A DNA stretch of 64,000 nucleotides from Lama glama. Its lineage: Eukaryota. Positions within the stretch are counted from its first letter, which is position 1; each line of letters opens with the position of its first letter. The stretch lies in contig CM052817.1 in NCBI GenBank assembly GCA_028534125.1, positions 107,510,001 to 107,574,000 on the forward strand, written 5' to 3'. Shown piece by piece: positions 12,548-26,085 of this stretch. A program made the translations under genes and the position numbers. Under the pieces are notes generated by a model. It was not told the DNA's origin. It worked only from the letters and a program-made list of their open reading frames with translations, and ran no database searches.

Positions 12548-13424
12548 GGGAGGAGATCAGAAGACATCTGTGTGTGTTTGTCACTGAAAACAAACTGGAG
12601 ACGGGCAGAAAGACTTTTCTACAATCCAGGGTGTGAAGAAAAGGAGTTGGGTAGGAAAGGAGGAGAAGCGATCGGGTCAAGACCGCTGGGGCACAGAAGA
12701 GGAGGGGGATTACATGGGCTTGGAGGTCCCCCTTGAGGAGTGAGGGGTTCAAACCACACATTGGGCATCCCAGGCTTGGAGTCTGACACCAGGAAGATGA
12801 GTCCCCTTAGCTGGTTTGAAAAGCAGTGGGACTTTCAAGAGGCTGTAAGAAACCTAGACTCTGCTTGCTTACTCCTGGGAACGAGGCAGAGGAAGCAGAC
12901 TGAAGCTGTCCGGGGCTCTGATCAGTTTCCTGCAACAGCCCCAAGTGTGTTCCAGTCTGAGCCAAGAGCCTGTCCCAATCCCCCAGATCTGGAGCAGCTC
13001 CCCACTGGGACAAAGGCTGCTGCCATCGAGGGGGGTGTGCACGTGGGGGGATGGAGTTAGCTCGGACCCTGCACTGCAACTGAATAGCGTGGTATAAATG
13101 AATACAACAAAACAGAAACAAACTCGCAGACACAGAGAACAAACCAGTGGTTACCAGCAAGAAGAGGGAAAGGGGGAGGGACAAGATAGAGGTAGGGAAC
13201 TGAGAGGTACAAATTACTGTGTATGAAATAGATAAGCTACAAGGATACACTGTAAAGCACAGGGAACAGAGCCAAGATTTTATAACTTTAAATGGAGTGT
13301 CATCTATAATAATATCGAATCACTATATTGTACAGCTGAAAGTAATACAATATTGTAAATCAATTATACTTCAATCAAAAAAACTACAAAAGAATAAAAT
13401 ATCCTTTCCATCAAAAAAAAAAAA
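12548..13424 (+). mobile_element. Internally deleted L1 (5'UTR fused to 3' end) with poly(A) and TSD
   Basis: L1 5'UTR-like sequence to about 13080, then L1 3'UTR and A-tail; flanks aagaaatctgg (12537-12547) and aagaaattctgg (13425-13436). Confidence 0.65.
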
Positions 13425-14159
13425 AAGAAATTCTGGAGAAAATACATGTTGTAAGCACAAACCAGGATGGATAACCAAGGATTTCCATCTTTGAGAGCTT
13501 GTGGGTTGAAAAAAAAAATATCCTTTAAAAGAAACAAGGCAGATTACTAAAGCGGCCCTGATGGGCCTGAAAACCATCATTTGTTATTTTATTTATGTCT
13601 CCATCCCAGATGCTGGAGTGAAGAAAGAAAAGATTTTTGGGTTCAACCCAGAGTTAGGGACTGGTAAAGCAAGTTAAATGGAAGGAGAAGTAGAGTAAGG
13701 AACGGAGCACGCTGGTGCAAAAATAGTTGAGGTCATTTGTCATGTTGCCCTGGCTGGAAAAGGAAGTAAGTGAATCCAGCAGAGGCCAGATGGGCTGAAG
13801 GATTGGACGTGACCAAGCAGAAGGGGATTTGGATGGGGAGGACGAGTGTAATAGTAGTAAATGGGCTGAACGCTACCATCAGTCTTGAAATGAAGGGTCA
13901 AAAATACTATGGCTATAACATTTATTTATATTTATTTACTCATTTATGCAACAAATGTTTCTAGTGGCTTATTATTAGAGCTGAGAGAATCCATTCTCAC
14001 ATTTTCAGAAGTTTTGCCCACTTTCAGTGGTTAAATCTGAGACCGTTGGTCATCAAAATATTAGCAGTTTTTATGTGTGCGTTATAATGGTGATGCTAAC
14101 AAGAACTTTTGGAAGAGATATTCCAAGCCAAGCCCTCCTGGGTTCTTGCTGATAGTTAC

Positions 14160-14259
14160 CCCATTCCAAAGGACATGTTTCATAGTATCTTGCCCAAGGG
14201 TCTTATCTTAATTTTTAATGTAATAGAGTCCTCGATGCCTCGTGCCAAAAATTAAAATT
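14160..14259 (-). pseudogene. Relic exon NFNFWHEASRTLLH*KLR*DPWARYYETCPLEW
   Basis: Acceptor tttatccaatttag|, donor GG|GTAACT; 100 nt, phase 0 to 1; RGS-like FW motif; two TAA stops. Confidence 0.45.
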
Positions 14260-14779
14260 CTAAATTGGATAAATTTTTATGTCAAATATGAGAAACATAT
14301 GTGTGTATCATCTCATGTTGGACAGTCATTTCCAGGCACTTAAACTGACCTTAAGGATGGAGACATGTTTAATAGAGAAGCCCTGATCCAACTACTTGGA
14401 CATAAAAACAACAGGCTAGATATTCACATGTCTTTGACCTTAAGCTATTGTCAGCCAATAATGCAGAAAATGAACTGTAATGTTTTCCCCACTATGAGTT
14501 TATTTCACTCTCCATTTTTATTATTAGATCTTAATATTTACTCTGGTCAAGGGACTACTGGCTGGTCTAAAGATAAAAAATATTAAGACTAACTCCACAC
14601 CCGAGGAATTATTGTCTAGTACATGTGTTGATTATAAAAGATTGATTACACATCTCTTACATAAAGTATTGCAAAGAACGTCATCATCTTCAAATACACG
14701 GTGGCAATGGTGAAGTGTGTATGTGAGGGTGTGTGTGAGGCACTGGTGGAAAGGAAAAATAATAGTTTTTAAAACGTAC

Positions 14780-14868
14780 AAGTAAAATTTTGAGAGATCT
14801 CATTAGAGCTATGCTGTTGAAGCTGCTGATTAACTTACAATAACTAATTTTTTGAGCAGGTGGGTTTC
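14780..14868 (-). pseudogene. Relic exon candidate
   Basis: Acceptor cattttctgtag|14868; donors at 14839|GTAAGT or 14780|GTACGT, both giving phase 0 into the next exon. Confidence 0.3.
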
Positions 14869-17079
14869 CTACAGAAAATGACATATGTAATTACTCTTGC
14901 TTTTGCCAAGTTTGTTCTCATGGACTTCTGACAATGTGTATGTTAGTAGTGGATTTTTGAATTCCACAGGAATTTGGAAGAAGTTTAAATTACTCATGAC
15001 AAGAAATGTATCAAATACAAAAATATTTTTAAAGAAAAATAATATAAACCTCACAAATTTTACATTTTTTGTGTGTAGCCTTCCATTCCAGGTGTCACCA
15101 GAGTATTCTTCGATTATTTTCTTCGATAAAATTTTCAAGCCAACCACACATAGGCAGCAGTAAGGAGATGGTGTGATTTCACAGATGCTGGCAAAACCTT
15201 TAACTTATGCAGGGTTTTCTCTCTCAGCAATGATGCTGGAAATTCACCTCTTTCCCTCCATGAACAAATCATATCCACATTTCACAACCAGTTCCGATGT
15301 TGCTTTCTTACAGACCTTCCGAATCCTTTCCACTGAAAGTGCCTTTCTCTACCATGTCGTGTCTCCATCTACATTCTCAATGATATCGTCCCCAGAGAAG
15401 TGACTACTGGCTTTTGTTTAGGGGAGGGTGAAAAAGTCTTGGATATTACAATGGTTTGTGGTCCTCCAAAACTCAGCTGTCCCCTCTCCCAATCTTATTA
15501 TGAAATATTTAATTTCCTGGAGGAGGAGAAAGCAATTAGGAAAAAAGATGGTGGGAAAAGTTCCTCAGAGGGGTGATAATGAACAAAAGTTTGAGAAACA
15601 CTGTTCTACATTGTAAAGTGTGTGCATTATTTGTACTTCCTCCCCATCACTATATGTCACTACAGCTTATGTATCTCGAGTGGACTTGAACTATTTGTGT
15701 GTGCATGTGTGTACCACTATACCCTGTTCACTGTTCACAATAAACAAAGTCAATTAGCTCTTTTGAGGCAAGATCTACAGCTTATTCATGGATATATTTC
15801 CCATGTGTAGTGTATTTTCCACGTGAGCTAAAAATCCCCTCATTTTTATATTAGATACAAAATTAAAATAAAGTTCTTTACTGCTTACAAAAGAATCCAC
15901 TAAAGAAAAATGTACACAGAAAGGTTGAAAAAAAAAGAGATGTTAAAAAAAAAAAACAAGATTAACCAAAAGTGCCTGGTGCAGTGATACTAAACATCAG
16001 GCAAAATAGATTTTAAAGTAGAATTAACAAAATTTAATTTAAGTGAAGAGGGGTGCTATACAATAATAAACATGATATAGTTGTGTATATACCTACCAAC
16101 TTAACCTTAAAATACATAAAGCAAAAATTAACCTAATTACAAAAAGAAATTAATAAACTACAACTATAGTGTAAGATAAAAAAACTCATTATTGATTTTA
16201 ATTTCCACTCAAACACTGTGTCTTATGATCTTCCATGTCTGGCTAGTCCCCCTTCCCCTGCGCCGTCACCTGAATAAATGGTTATAAGAAGGATTGGGGA
16301 AATCATTACCATATATCTTTGCTGTGAGGCTGCGGGGTCCTAGTTCATTGGGTTTTCCCGTTCCTTCAGTCAATGAGTTCCAGATGTGAAAACTGGCTCA
16401 TGCGCTGAAACAGGGCCGTGGATCTGATTTTTAATTGTAGGGGCTGCCCCCCTTGGCTTCCCAATCATTCTTCCTTGATTTTGATTGTATAAATCTGTGT
16501 TGTCCAATACAGTCACTCCATATGGCTTTTCAATTTTAAAAAAGTAGAAAAGAGTTACACCAGCCACATTTCCAGGATTGCTCATTTTCAGAATCTCTCC
16601 ACTAAATCACTGGCAAAAAGTGAACCCTTGAGCTTGCAAAGCTATGGGATTTCTCCGTTTGCTTTCCACTAAACTCACAACTTTCATATGGCAAAGAAAG
16701 CATTTCTTCCCTCTGCCCCCAAATTGAGTCTGCCCTCTGGCAGCAAAACTGCCGGTCATTAACCACCAAGCTTGGGGAAGGAGGGAGCTGTCCCAGGCAA
16801 GAGTCTCTGGCCACAGACTCCCCACTGTCCCAGCATTTTGTCAAGTAGAAATGCCTTTCAATTTGTTGTTTGCCTTTGGCAATTTCTAATGCCCTAGATT
16901 AATGCTTTTTGACACTCCCCCCTTTTATATTATTCTTTGGGGAGAGAAATCACTGATCTCTTCACACGCTCCCAGTCAGAAGTGCCCCCAAGGACGTGTT
17001 TTTAGTTAGTATGGTCATTAACATAGAGTTAATTTCTCAGGCAGATAATGCCGTTGATACAAGTGCCTATTACATAGAT

Positions 17080-17620
17080 GAAATGAAATCATATCACTTT
17101 TCTGGCAAAACCTTTTAGAAAAGTACCTCCTCGTCTTTCTCAGAGTAGAAGTCCATGTTGTCTCACTGGTCTACCAGGTTCCACGCCATCGACACCACCA
17201 CCCACCCCATTTCTCTGACCGCATTTGCCAGGACCATGATGACTGCTTCCCCTGTTCCAGGCACACTAGCCTCCTTGCCGGTTCTCTGGTGCCAATAACA
17301 CCCCTCTCACGGACTTTTCACTTGCTGCCCCTCTGCCTGGAGGGTTCTTCCCCAGGGCATCCATGTGGCTGACCCTCCCACTTCTCATCAGTGAGCCTTC
17401 CTGACCAGGACACAGTAGATCCACACCTCCTTGTCCAGCACATCCTTGCTTTGTCTCCCCACAGCACTTGTAACATCTGACAAAGTAGATATTCCTGTAC
17501 CATCTACCCCAATCTGACAGCTTCTCAAGGGAACTTTTCCTCCTGCTGTATCCTGATACCCAAAGGATGCCTGGTACAGCCCAGATTTTCAGCACATATT
17601 TACTGAATTAATTGAATGCA
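17080..17620 (+). mobile_element. L2 3' fragment
   Basis: L2 3' end 'atgcctggtacagcccag..atatttactgaattaattgaatg'. Confidence 0.65.
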
Positions 17621-18089
17621 CGGCTATACCCTGGACTCAGCAAGGTGAAGAGAAATACACCAGAACTGCAAGACAGCCGTAAAGATGATCAGATTGAATA
17701 ACTTCTCCTCTCTCATTGCCCCTCCACAGGTAAAAATGCTTTAATGGGGACACTGGTTACACTTGAAGGATTTCTCCCTCTTGTTTCTCACCAACCACTA
17801 CAAATGTGGTTGGTCATGTGACCGAATTAGGCGGAAGTGAGCTTGGAAAGTGCAGTGAAAGCTTTTGTCATGACGTAAACCTCAGGAAAATCTTCTGTAT
17901 GTGCCTTGAACTTGAGACATGTCATTGTTTACTGTCATGTGCTACGAAGTCAGTAAAGAGTCCCAAGTTTCTATGGTTCATAGCTGCCCCTGCTTAATTA
18001 CCTGAAGGTCCCAGTGAGGCCATGGCTCCTGAGGGGAAGCCTTTGATGATGATGATGTAATAATGAGGATGATTATGATGTTAATAATA

Positions 18090-18290
18090 ATAACTAACAT
18101 TTATTTGAAATTGCTCAGTGCCAGGCACTGTTAGAAGCATTTTACATGCATTATCTTATTTGATCCTTCTAACAACTCTATGGTGCAGGTGCTATTATTT
18201 TTTATTAATAATATTTATGACGATGATGCCCATTTTCCTGATGAGGAAACTGAAGCCCAGAGAAGCAATTTCTTGGGTACCAGAGCAGGA
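18090..18290 (-). mobile_element. MIR SINE
   Basis: 'gtgccaggcactgtt..cattttcctgatgaggaaactgaagcccagaga'. Confidence 0.8.
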
Positions 18291-18448
18291 AAGTTAAGGA
18301 CTGAAATGAGTGGCACAAGAGTTGAGCACTACTGGACAGAGATGGAACAATACCACTGTTTCCTCTGTCCCTACCCCAGGAAAACTTGCAGATTGTTATA
18401 TTAAAGCCATGCAGCTGTGGCCCTGAGCCTAAGAGGATCCCTCTAGAC

Positions 18449-18590
18449 CGGTGGTTCTTTGCCTCCCAGGGGATGTCTGGAGATATTTTTGATTGTCATA
18501 AAGAGGGTGGGAGAGGGTGTCTCTACTGGCATCTAGTAGGCAGAGGCCAGGGATGCAGCTAAACATCCTACAAGGCACAGGACAACCCCT
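18449..18590 (+). mobile_element. MER20 (hAT-Charlie), interrupted by L1
   Basis: 'ctactggcatctagtaggcagaggccagggatgcagctaaacatcctacaaggcacaggaca' matches MER20. Confidence 0.85.
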
Positions 18591-19890
18591 AGCCTGTGGT
18601 CTTTTCTTTTCTGCTTAGAAGGTCCCTTTAACATTTATTGTAAGGTTGATTTAGTGGTGCTGAAGTCTTTTAGGTTTTGCATGTCTGTAAAACTCTGTCT
18701 CCTTCAAATCTGAATGAGAGCCTTGCTGAGTACAGTAATCTTGGTTGTAGGTTTTTTCCTTTCATCACTTTAAATATATCATGCCACTCCCGTCTGACTG
18801 CAGAGTTCCCGTGGAAAAGTCAGCTGACAGTCTTATGGGAGTTCCCTTGCACATAACTAATAGATTTTCTTTTGCCTCTTTTAAGCTTCTCTCTTTATTT
18901 ATTGCCATTTTAATAATGATATGTCTTGGTGTGGACAAACTTTTGAGTTTGTCTTGATCAGGATTCTCTGTGTTTGCTGGACCTGGATGTCTGTTTCCTT
19001 TACCAGGTTAGGGAAGTTTTCAGCTATTATTGCTTCAGATAAGTTTTCTGCCCCTTCCTCTCCCCTGGATTCTTATCATGTGAATGATAGTCCACTTGAT
19101 GTTACCCCAGAAGGCAATTAAACTGTCCTCGTTTTTTAAAATTCTCTTTTCTTTTTTCTGCTCAGCATCAGTGATTTCCACTCCTCTGTTTTCCAGTTCA
19201 CTGTTCCTTTCTTCTGTATTATCTAATCCACTCTGGACTCCTAGTGTGTTTTTAAATTTCAGTTATTGTGCTGCTCAGCTCTGTTTGGGTCTTCTTTCTA
19301 CTTTTTAACTCTCTGTTAAACCTCTCACTCTGTTCATTTATTCCTTTCCTGAGTTTATGATGATTACTTTGAACTCCCTACTGTGTATATTTCTTATCTC
19401 CACTTCACTTAGTTCTTCTTCTGGGGTTTTATCTTCTTCCTTCATTTGGAAAAGTCTTTGTCACCTAAGTGTGAATTCTCTGTGTTTATTTCTATGCATT
19501 AGGTGGATTGGTTATGATTACCGATCTTGGAGAAATGACCTTAAGTAGGGGACATCCTATGGGACCCAGCATCACACTCCCTTCTGGTCACCAGAGCTAT
19601 AAAATCTAAGGCTGCCCTTGATGTGGGCTGAGTGGGCCCTTCTATCCTGTTGTGGTGGTTGGACTACTGTGGGTGTGCTGGTAGGGGTGCTGGTCCCCAG
19701 CCCAGTTGGCTGCCAGGTCTGCCTTGTGTGGTGGCTGCTGTGTTGCTGGGTCCTGGTGTGGCTGGTTGCAAGGACTGGGGAGTCATGGGTCTGGTTCTTG
19801 CCCACTTGTAGGTGGGAATAGACCCCATGGCGCAGCTGACTATGGGCCAGGGGGGTCCCAGGGAAGCTGGCTGCATGATCTAGGGGGTCC
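18591..19890 (-). mobile_element. L1 5'UTR plus ORF1 remnant, no ORF2
   Basis: Antisense ORF1 C-terminus (PIRLSADFST..EWHDIFKVMKGKNLQPRLLYSARLSFRF-like) at 18700-18850; GC-richer UTR at 19540-19890. Confidence 0.85.
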
Positions 19891-22149
19891 TATGGCTGGT
19901 GCTGCCAACATAAATCAAAAAACTGAGAAACTTTCCACAAGTTTTAACATGGGAGAATTTTTTTTTATTATCTCCATATGTCAGGTATACATTTTAATTT
20001 TCTTCCTATTATTTGGTGTTTCTCTCCATTCTATCTATTTTACTAGACTCAGCCAAACATTGGATATACTGAAAACAAAAGCAGAGAAGTAGCAACAAAA
20101 ACCTTTGTAATAAAAGAGGCATGAAGACACATTCCATTATTGGAGTAGGCATTGCATTAGTCTCTTTATAATGGTATAACAAAATTTTTTAGACTGGTGA
20201 CTTAAACAACAAGCATTTATGTTTCACAGTTTTGCAGGCTGGGGATCCTAAGATATTTGGGGATTTGATGGTATGAATCTGACTCACGAGGGTATGTGGA
20301 TTTCTTACCAGTTACAGAAGAGCTATAGAAAAAAATATAAAATTACTAGATTTTTTTAAAAGGGATGAAAGCAGAGTGATTTATTTAAAATGTACCTCAT
20401 TATCTTAGTTAAGTGAAACATCAGAACACCAAAATCGAAACAATATTTTGGATTTTTTTATTTTTAGATAATCCAGCATTTTTTCCATTCAGTTCCTTCA
20501 ATTTAAACTTCTTTTCAAAAAGGAATGTATGCTCATGATTCATAATGAAGATTTAGACCTATGAGAGGATTCCCCTTGGCTTGACCCTCTCTGCCTTTCA
20601 GTCCTGGTGTCCTTAGGGGACCATTTCCAACATCCTTAGCTATTTCCTCCAGTGTTTATTTCCATGTTTCTCAATGATACGTGCTTACAGTTATTTTTAT
20701 TGATCAGTCTGAGACCTCTCTGACTTCCTGTTTTGGTAGATGAGAATGCAGCTGGGTGAGTGCACCTTCCCCTTTCCTCCTGATGTAGTTATGACAACAT
20801 ATCTTTCATTCTACTTCTCACTGCGCAGTTGTGTAACTGCCCGCTTCTCAGGGTCCCAGCTGTTGGGGGCATGGGTCCAGGGTTGACTTAAGCATGTGTC
20901 TCTCAGGAATCCAAAAACAAGCCCCCTTTTCAATGCTCCCAGGGATCTTTAGGAGACAAGCAGCTTTTTCTCATAAAAGCTTTAAAAAAAAGTTTCAATG
21001 AACTCCTTTTTATTACAGGATAGAACTATTAAACCATTTCTTAAAAGATATTCTCAAGCGTTCATTTTTGGACATACCCCCATTCTGAAGGGGGCCACCT
21101 TCTATGCCTCAAACGTGATTTACTGTTCCAGGGATCTGCCTCCAATTATTCCAAGATACTCACCATCCCCTCCGAATTGGAGCCACCTCCCATGATTCCC
21201 AGGGGTATATCAGACACACGTCCAGCCAGAGAAGAGAAAGAGGCAGAAATAGAAGGCCAGGTTTCATCTGTAGCTGGGCATCCCACCATCACAGCAGATG
21301 ACCTTCCTGGGTGATTATAAAGAAAGAACCCTTCACTTAGAGCTATAGGTTGGTCTTAAAACTGGTTTGCTTTAAAGAAATGCCTCTAGACACTTTCCAC
21401 ACAGGCACAGAGAAGTGCAGGGCTGAGCAATAGTTAAGGTGATCAAACAAAACAACCAAAAATTCAATGTGTTCAGCATTCAGAAATGTGAACATTTTAA
21501 ATTAGAATCTCTCTCTCTTCTCTGATAAGCTTGATTTTTTTTCCTCTGCTTGGACTAGAGCTGCCTCCTCCTCTTCTCTTCTGGAACATTTTCTTCTTCA
21601 ACAATATAAAGCTATGTGTCATGCTCTAGATATGTGGCCCCAGGCTTTCCTGGAGGGGATAGCCAATTGCACTGAGGGACCCTATGGCGTGGCCACCTCG
21701 ACCTGGAGGGAGACCTGTGGCTTTTGACTTGACTGTTTCTGTCTGACTCTCTCCCCCATGGCATAGCCAGTTCAGATTTTAGTAGATTAATTTTCACCTT
21801 TACAAGTCTGGAACTTGGATTAATGAGAATAAAGCTAACTCTCCCTTTGATGGCAAAGCACACACATGCCTCTTCTGCAAGGTGTGTGAGAACCCGGGAG
21901 CATCACACACCCTTGCCTTTGTCCTGATGTCTCCTCCCTGCCTTTGCTGTCCGTGTGCAGCCTCCTCAGTGGGCCCCTCCTGGACGTCTGCATGGTGATG
22001 TCTCTAGGCGGAGTTAATGGCTCCATTTTTCTGGGTTTTGTTTTCATAACATTTTGTCCATATCTCTGTAATGGTTCTTTTTAACACCACCCAGTAATTT
22101 ATTTTCTTATTTTCTGATTCCTCTATCCACTTGAGGAAAAGGCCCATTT

Positions 22150-23038
22150 ATTTATCTTTTTCCAGAATCATTTTCTTTTATTGAACTATAGTTGATTTAC
22201 AAGACTATATTGGTTTCAGGTGCACAACCTAGTGATTCAATATTTTCATAGATTATACTCCATTTAAAGTTGTTTGAAAGTTGTAGCTGTATTCTCTGTG
22301 CTGTAAAACATGTTTTTCTTGCTTATTTATTTTATACATAGTAGTTTGTGTCTCAGTCCCCTACCCCTGTCTTGCCCCTCCCACTTCCTCCCTCTCCCCA
22401 CTGGTAACCACAAGTTTGCTCTCTGTATCTGTGAGTCTTTTTCTGTTTTGTTATATACATTTATTTGTTGTATGTTTTAGATTCCACATATAAGTGTTAA
22501 CATAGAGTATTTGTCTTTCTCTGTCTGATTTATTTCACTGAGCATAATACTCTCTAGGTCCATCTATGTTGCTGCAAATGGCATTATTTTAATTTTTATG
22601 GGTGAGTAGTATTCCATTGTATAAATATACCACTTCTTCTTTATACAGTCATCTGTTGGACATTTAGGTTGCTTCCATATCTTGGTTATTGTACACAATG
22701 CTGCTATGAACATTGGGGTGCATGTACATTTTCACATTAGTGTTTTTGTTATCTTCGATAAATATCCAGGAGCAGAATTGCCGGATCATATGGTCATCTT
22801 ATTTTTAGCTTCTTGAGGAACCTCCATACTGTTTTCCATAGTGGCTGCACCAATTTACATTCCTACCAGCATGTGCAAGGGCTCCCTTCTCTCCACATTC
22901 TCACTAACATTTGTTATTTGGAGACTTTCTGATGACAGCCGTCCTGACAGGTGTGAGCTGACACTTCACTGTGGTTTGGATTTGCATTTCTCTGATGATT
23001 AGTGATGTTGAGCATCTTTTCGTGTGTCTGCTGGCCAC
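22150..23038 (-). mobile_element. 5'-truncated L1 with 13-bp TSD
   Basis: L1 3'UTR and ORF2 end; aaaaggcccattt at 22137-22149 and 23039-23051. Confidence 0.92.
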
Positions 23039-23747
23039 AAAAGGCCCATTTCGTAAGTAACTTTGTGTTCATTGTACTTAACTCAGTGCCTGAGTCAAAA
23101 CAGTGGTTAAAGTGCTTATTAGAGAAATGAATAAATTGATTCCAAGATGGTGCCCTGGGAACATTCTATAGTTTATTCTATTCCTTCCAGAGAATATAAT
23201 GCCTAGCCTGTATTACACCTCAGGGGAGAGTAACTGTCTGACCCAAAACAGCCGTAGACTACCAGAGAACTCAACCAGAAGTGTTCAGGTGTGTTTTTGA
23301 GAAATATTGTTCTTCCAGGGACCAAAGGTCTTTCCTCTGTGAGTGACACTGAGAGAACAGAGTAACTGTCTTGGTGTCTGCCCCTCATCCACACTGGGCA
23401 GCCCCTTTCTTCATTTTGCCAATGACATTCATTCCAAATTTTCCCTTGGCAACTAACTGATTGACACCTTTTTTTGAAGAAAGAGCAAAATGAAACATTT
23501 TGACAGATAAGGCATGTTATAACAAAAAAAAAGAGGCTTTTTTCCAAATAGCCTCTAAAATTTGGAGGATTATGTCATCCATCCAGCATCAAAATTGTGA
23601 TTAGTAGGGAAAGCATTGATTTGCAAATTTGTGTAAATAAGACTGCAGGTAGAAACTGGAAACTGGGGCACCTTGTACATCCTGTGCATCTGAATGACTA
23701 GTTTCTAGATTCTTTGCAACTAATATTTATCTCATTGCTTAACCATT

Positions 23748-24153
23748 TGTATTAGTTTCCTTGGGCTGCTCTCTAACAAATTACCATGAATTTGGTGGCT
23801 TAAAACAATGTAAATGTATTCTCTCACAGTTCCCTTCTGCATCTTTTCTGGATTCTGGAAGCTGCTGACAATCCTTGATATCTCTTGGCCTGTAGACTCA
23901 CCACACCCATCTCTGTTCTATCTTTCCCTCACCTTCTCTGTGTGTCTGTGTCTCAAATCTGTCTCTCCCTTTTCTTATAAGGATACCAGTCATTGACTTT
24001 ACTGCCTGCTCTAAATCTGGCATGATATCATCTCAAGATCCTTAACTTCATCAAAGTTGCAAAGACCCTGTTTCCAAATAAGGTCACATTCACAGATACC
24101 AGAATTAGGATTTGGGCTTATTTTTTGGGAAGATACAATTCCATCCATTCCAC
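23748..24153 (-). mobile_element. MLT1B/C-type MaLR solo LTR
   Basis: 'tgtattagtttcc..ggtggcttaaaacaa..tttccaaataaggtcacattc'. Confidence 0.85.
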
Positions 24154-24775
24154 CAGCTATGGCTTTTAAAAATTTCTGCATTATATAAAAACCCCACTAG
24201 ATTTTGTATATATTAAGGATATGATTACAGAAGCAAAGTAAAGTGAAAAGTTGAGGTACTTGTCTGGAAAATTCTGGGAAAATGGTCAGTTTTGATTCAT
24301 GTGGCTGAATATTTTAGGCCATATGTACTTTGCAAATTTGTGTGATGCTTTGGGCAGCTTTACTTAGTCTTAAGAAATATGGAGTTGAGAAAAAGATAAG
24401 AACAGCTTGAAAAGGGGGGAAACTTATTATTAGAGACCAGAGAGGTAAGGCTTTTCAGGCTCAAAAGTATTCCAAAGGTCTGGTGACTTGTGAAAGTGAC
24501 TTGTGAAAATGACTTGTGATGTAAAATTATGTGACCATGGATGTGTTTTTTATTTCTTACAGTCTAGAATTCGTACTTAAATCTGTAACTCTTCAGTTTA
24601 AGATATTAACTGGAGTGAGTAATTTAGTTCACATTTATTGAACTCCAGGTGTTCAATTATGAAAAAAATCAGTAAGTGTATTTTCTTCTCCTTACAAGCT
24701 TCCACTGGCCAGTGATGTTTACATGATTGAATGAGACTGTGATTGCTTTAGTCTCAATTCCTTTTAATAACTTAC

Positions 24776-24901
24776 CTGACCTATGATGAATCAGTATAGT
24801 AAATTTTCATTAGCAATGGAGAATTGTATTTATATTTTCTTAAACATTGCACTCTATTTGATGATACTTCTTCCATACAGTAAGTGATTTGATGAATTCT
24901 T
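24776..24901 (-). pseudogene. Relic exon candidate (126 nt, symmetric)
   Basis: Perfect donor CAG|GTAAGT, weak acceptor atattttag|; stops in all three frames. Confidence 0.35.
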
Positions 24902-25734
24902 CTAAAATATGCTTTGCTTGGTTAAGGAATTAAAAAAAAGGTTTAAACAAAATACCCAGTTGAGTTCTTATGATTAAAAAAAGAATAAAGTGTAATCGTT
25001 AGTTAAGGAAATTGTACAATAATGAGTCATTGTTTGAATAATTTGTTTTTTATGAAAGTGATGAATAAGAAATCTTCCAAAATATTCAAGACCAAGGCAG
25101 TAAAAAAGATCATGTTAGGTAGTTTTGGCCTTTTTTATTAACTAAAACACATGGCATATTTACTGCTTTGTAAAGAAATCCTTGGAGCATTTGGTATCTT
25201 GGGTTTCTTAACTCATCTGGTCAATTTTGGATTAGAAAATATGAGAAAAAATAAAATTAGAGAAAGTGGAGTTGGAACAAACGTAGTAGAGAAAGAGAAT
25301 CATTGTGGAGAGTGTAAACAGTCACCAATAGACGTAAGGGTGTGTGTGTGTGTGTGAAATGGATCATTGAATGCACTGTTGGCAAATGGAAAAAGTATAA
25401 ATATTCTTCCTTTCTACTGTCTAATTTTTTCTCTTCTCCTGTTTTTACCACATTCTAAAAAGTGTTCATATTAATTATTAAAAGCAACATTTATGTGATT
25501 GGACTGAATTAAAAGTTATATGGTTAAACTGTGTGGTAAGATTCAACTTTAGTAGAAAAGAGGAAACTCTCTCATTGCTCTTAAATATCTAGTTTGGAGG
25601 GGGAAGTACTGCATAAAGACAGTCAACCATATTGGGAAAGTTTGGAGCAAGAAATATGGAAAATGATATCAACCTAGCAGATTTTCTTTACTGCTTGTGG
25701 GAAGACGACGTGTAATGTATATCACATTGTATAT

Positions 25735-26085
25735 CCTTTCCCCCTTTGTCATAGATTAAGGGACTATAAGTGTATGGGTTTATTTTTGGGTGTCTTTAGG
25801 ATTTTCTATGTATAGTATCATGTCATCTGAAAACAGTAACAGTTTTACTTTTTATTTTCCCATTTGGATTCCTTTTATTTCTTTTTCTTCTCTGATTGCT
25901 ATGTCTAGGACTTCCAAAACTGTGTTGAATATAAGTGGTGAGAATGGACATTCTTGTCTTCTTCCTGAACTTAGAGGAAAGGCCTTCTGCTTTTCGCTGT
26001 CGAATGTGTTACCTGTGGGTTTGTCATATATGGCTTATGTTATGTTGAGGTATGTTTGCTCTATACCCACCTTGTTGAGAGGAGA
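25735..26085 (-). mobile_element. L1 ORF2 fragment
   Basis: 'ctaggacttccaaaactgtgttgaatataagtggtgagaatggacattcttgtc', antisense RT region. Confidence 0.85.

Noticed and set aside
15070..15410. Possible Tigger transposase remnant
   Set aside because: No terminal inverted repeats or DDE motifs seen; more likely part of the minus-strand gene relic, though the frame could not be assigned
24483..24520. Three tandem copies of gtgacttgtgaaa
   Set aside because: Short slippage repeat with no spacers; not CRISPR-like and no evidence of function
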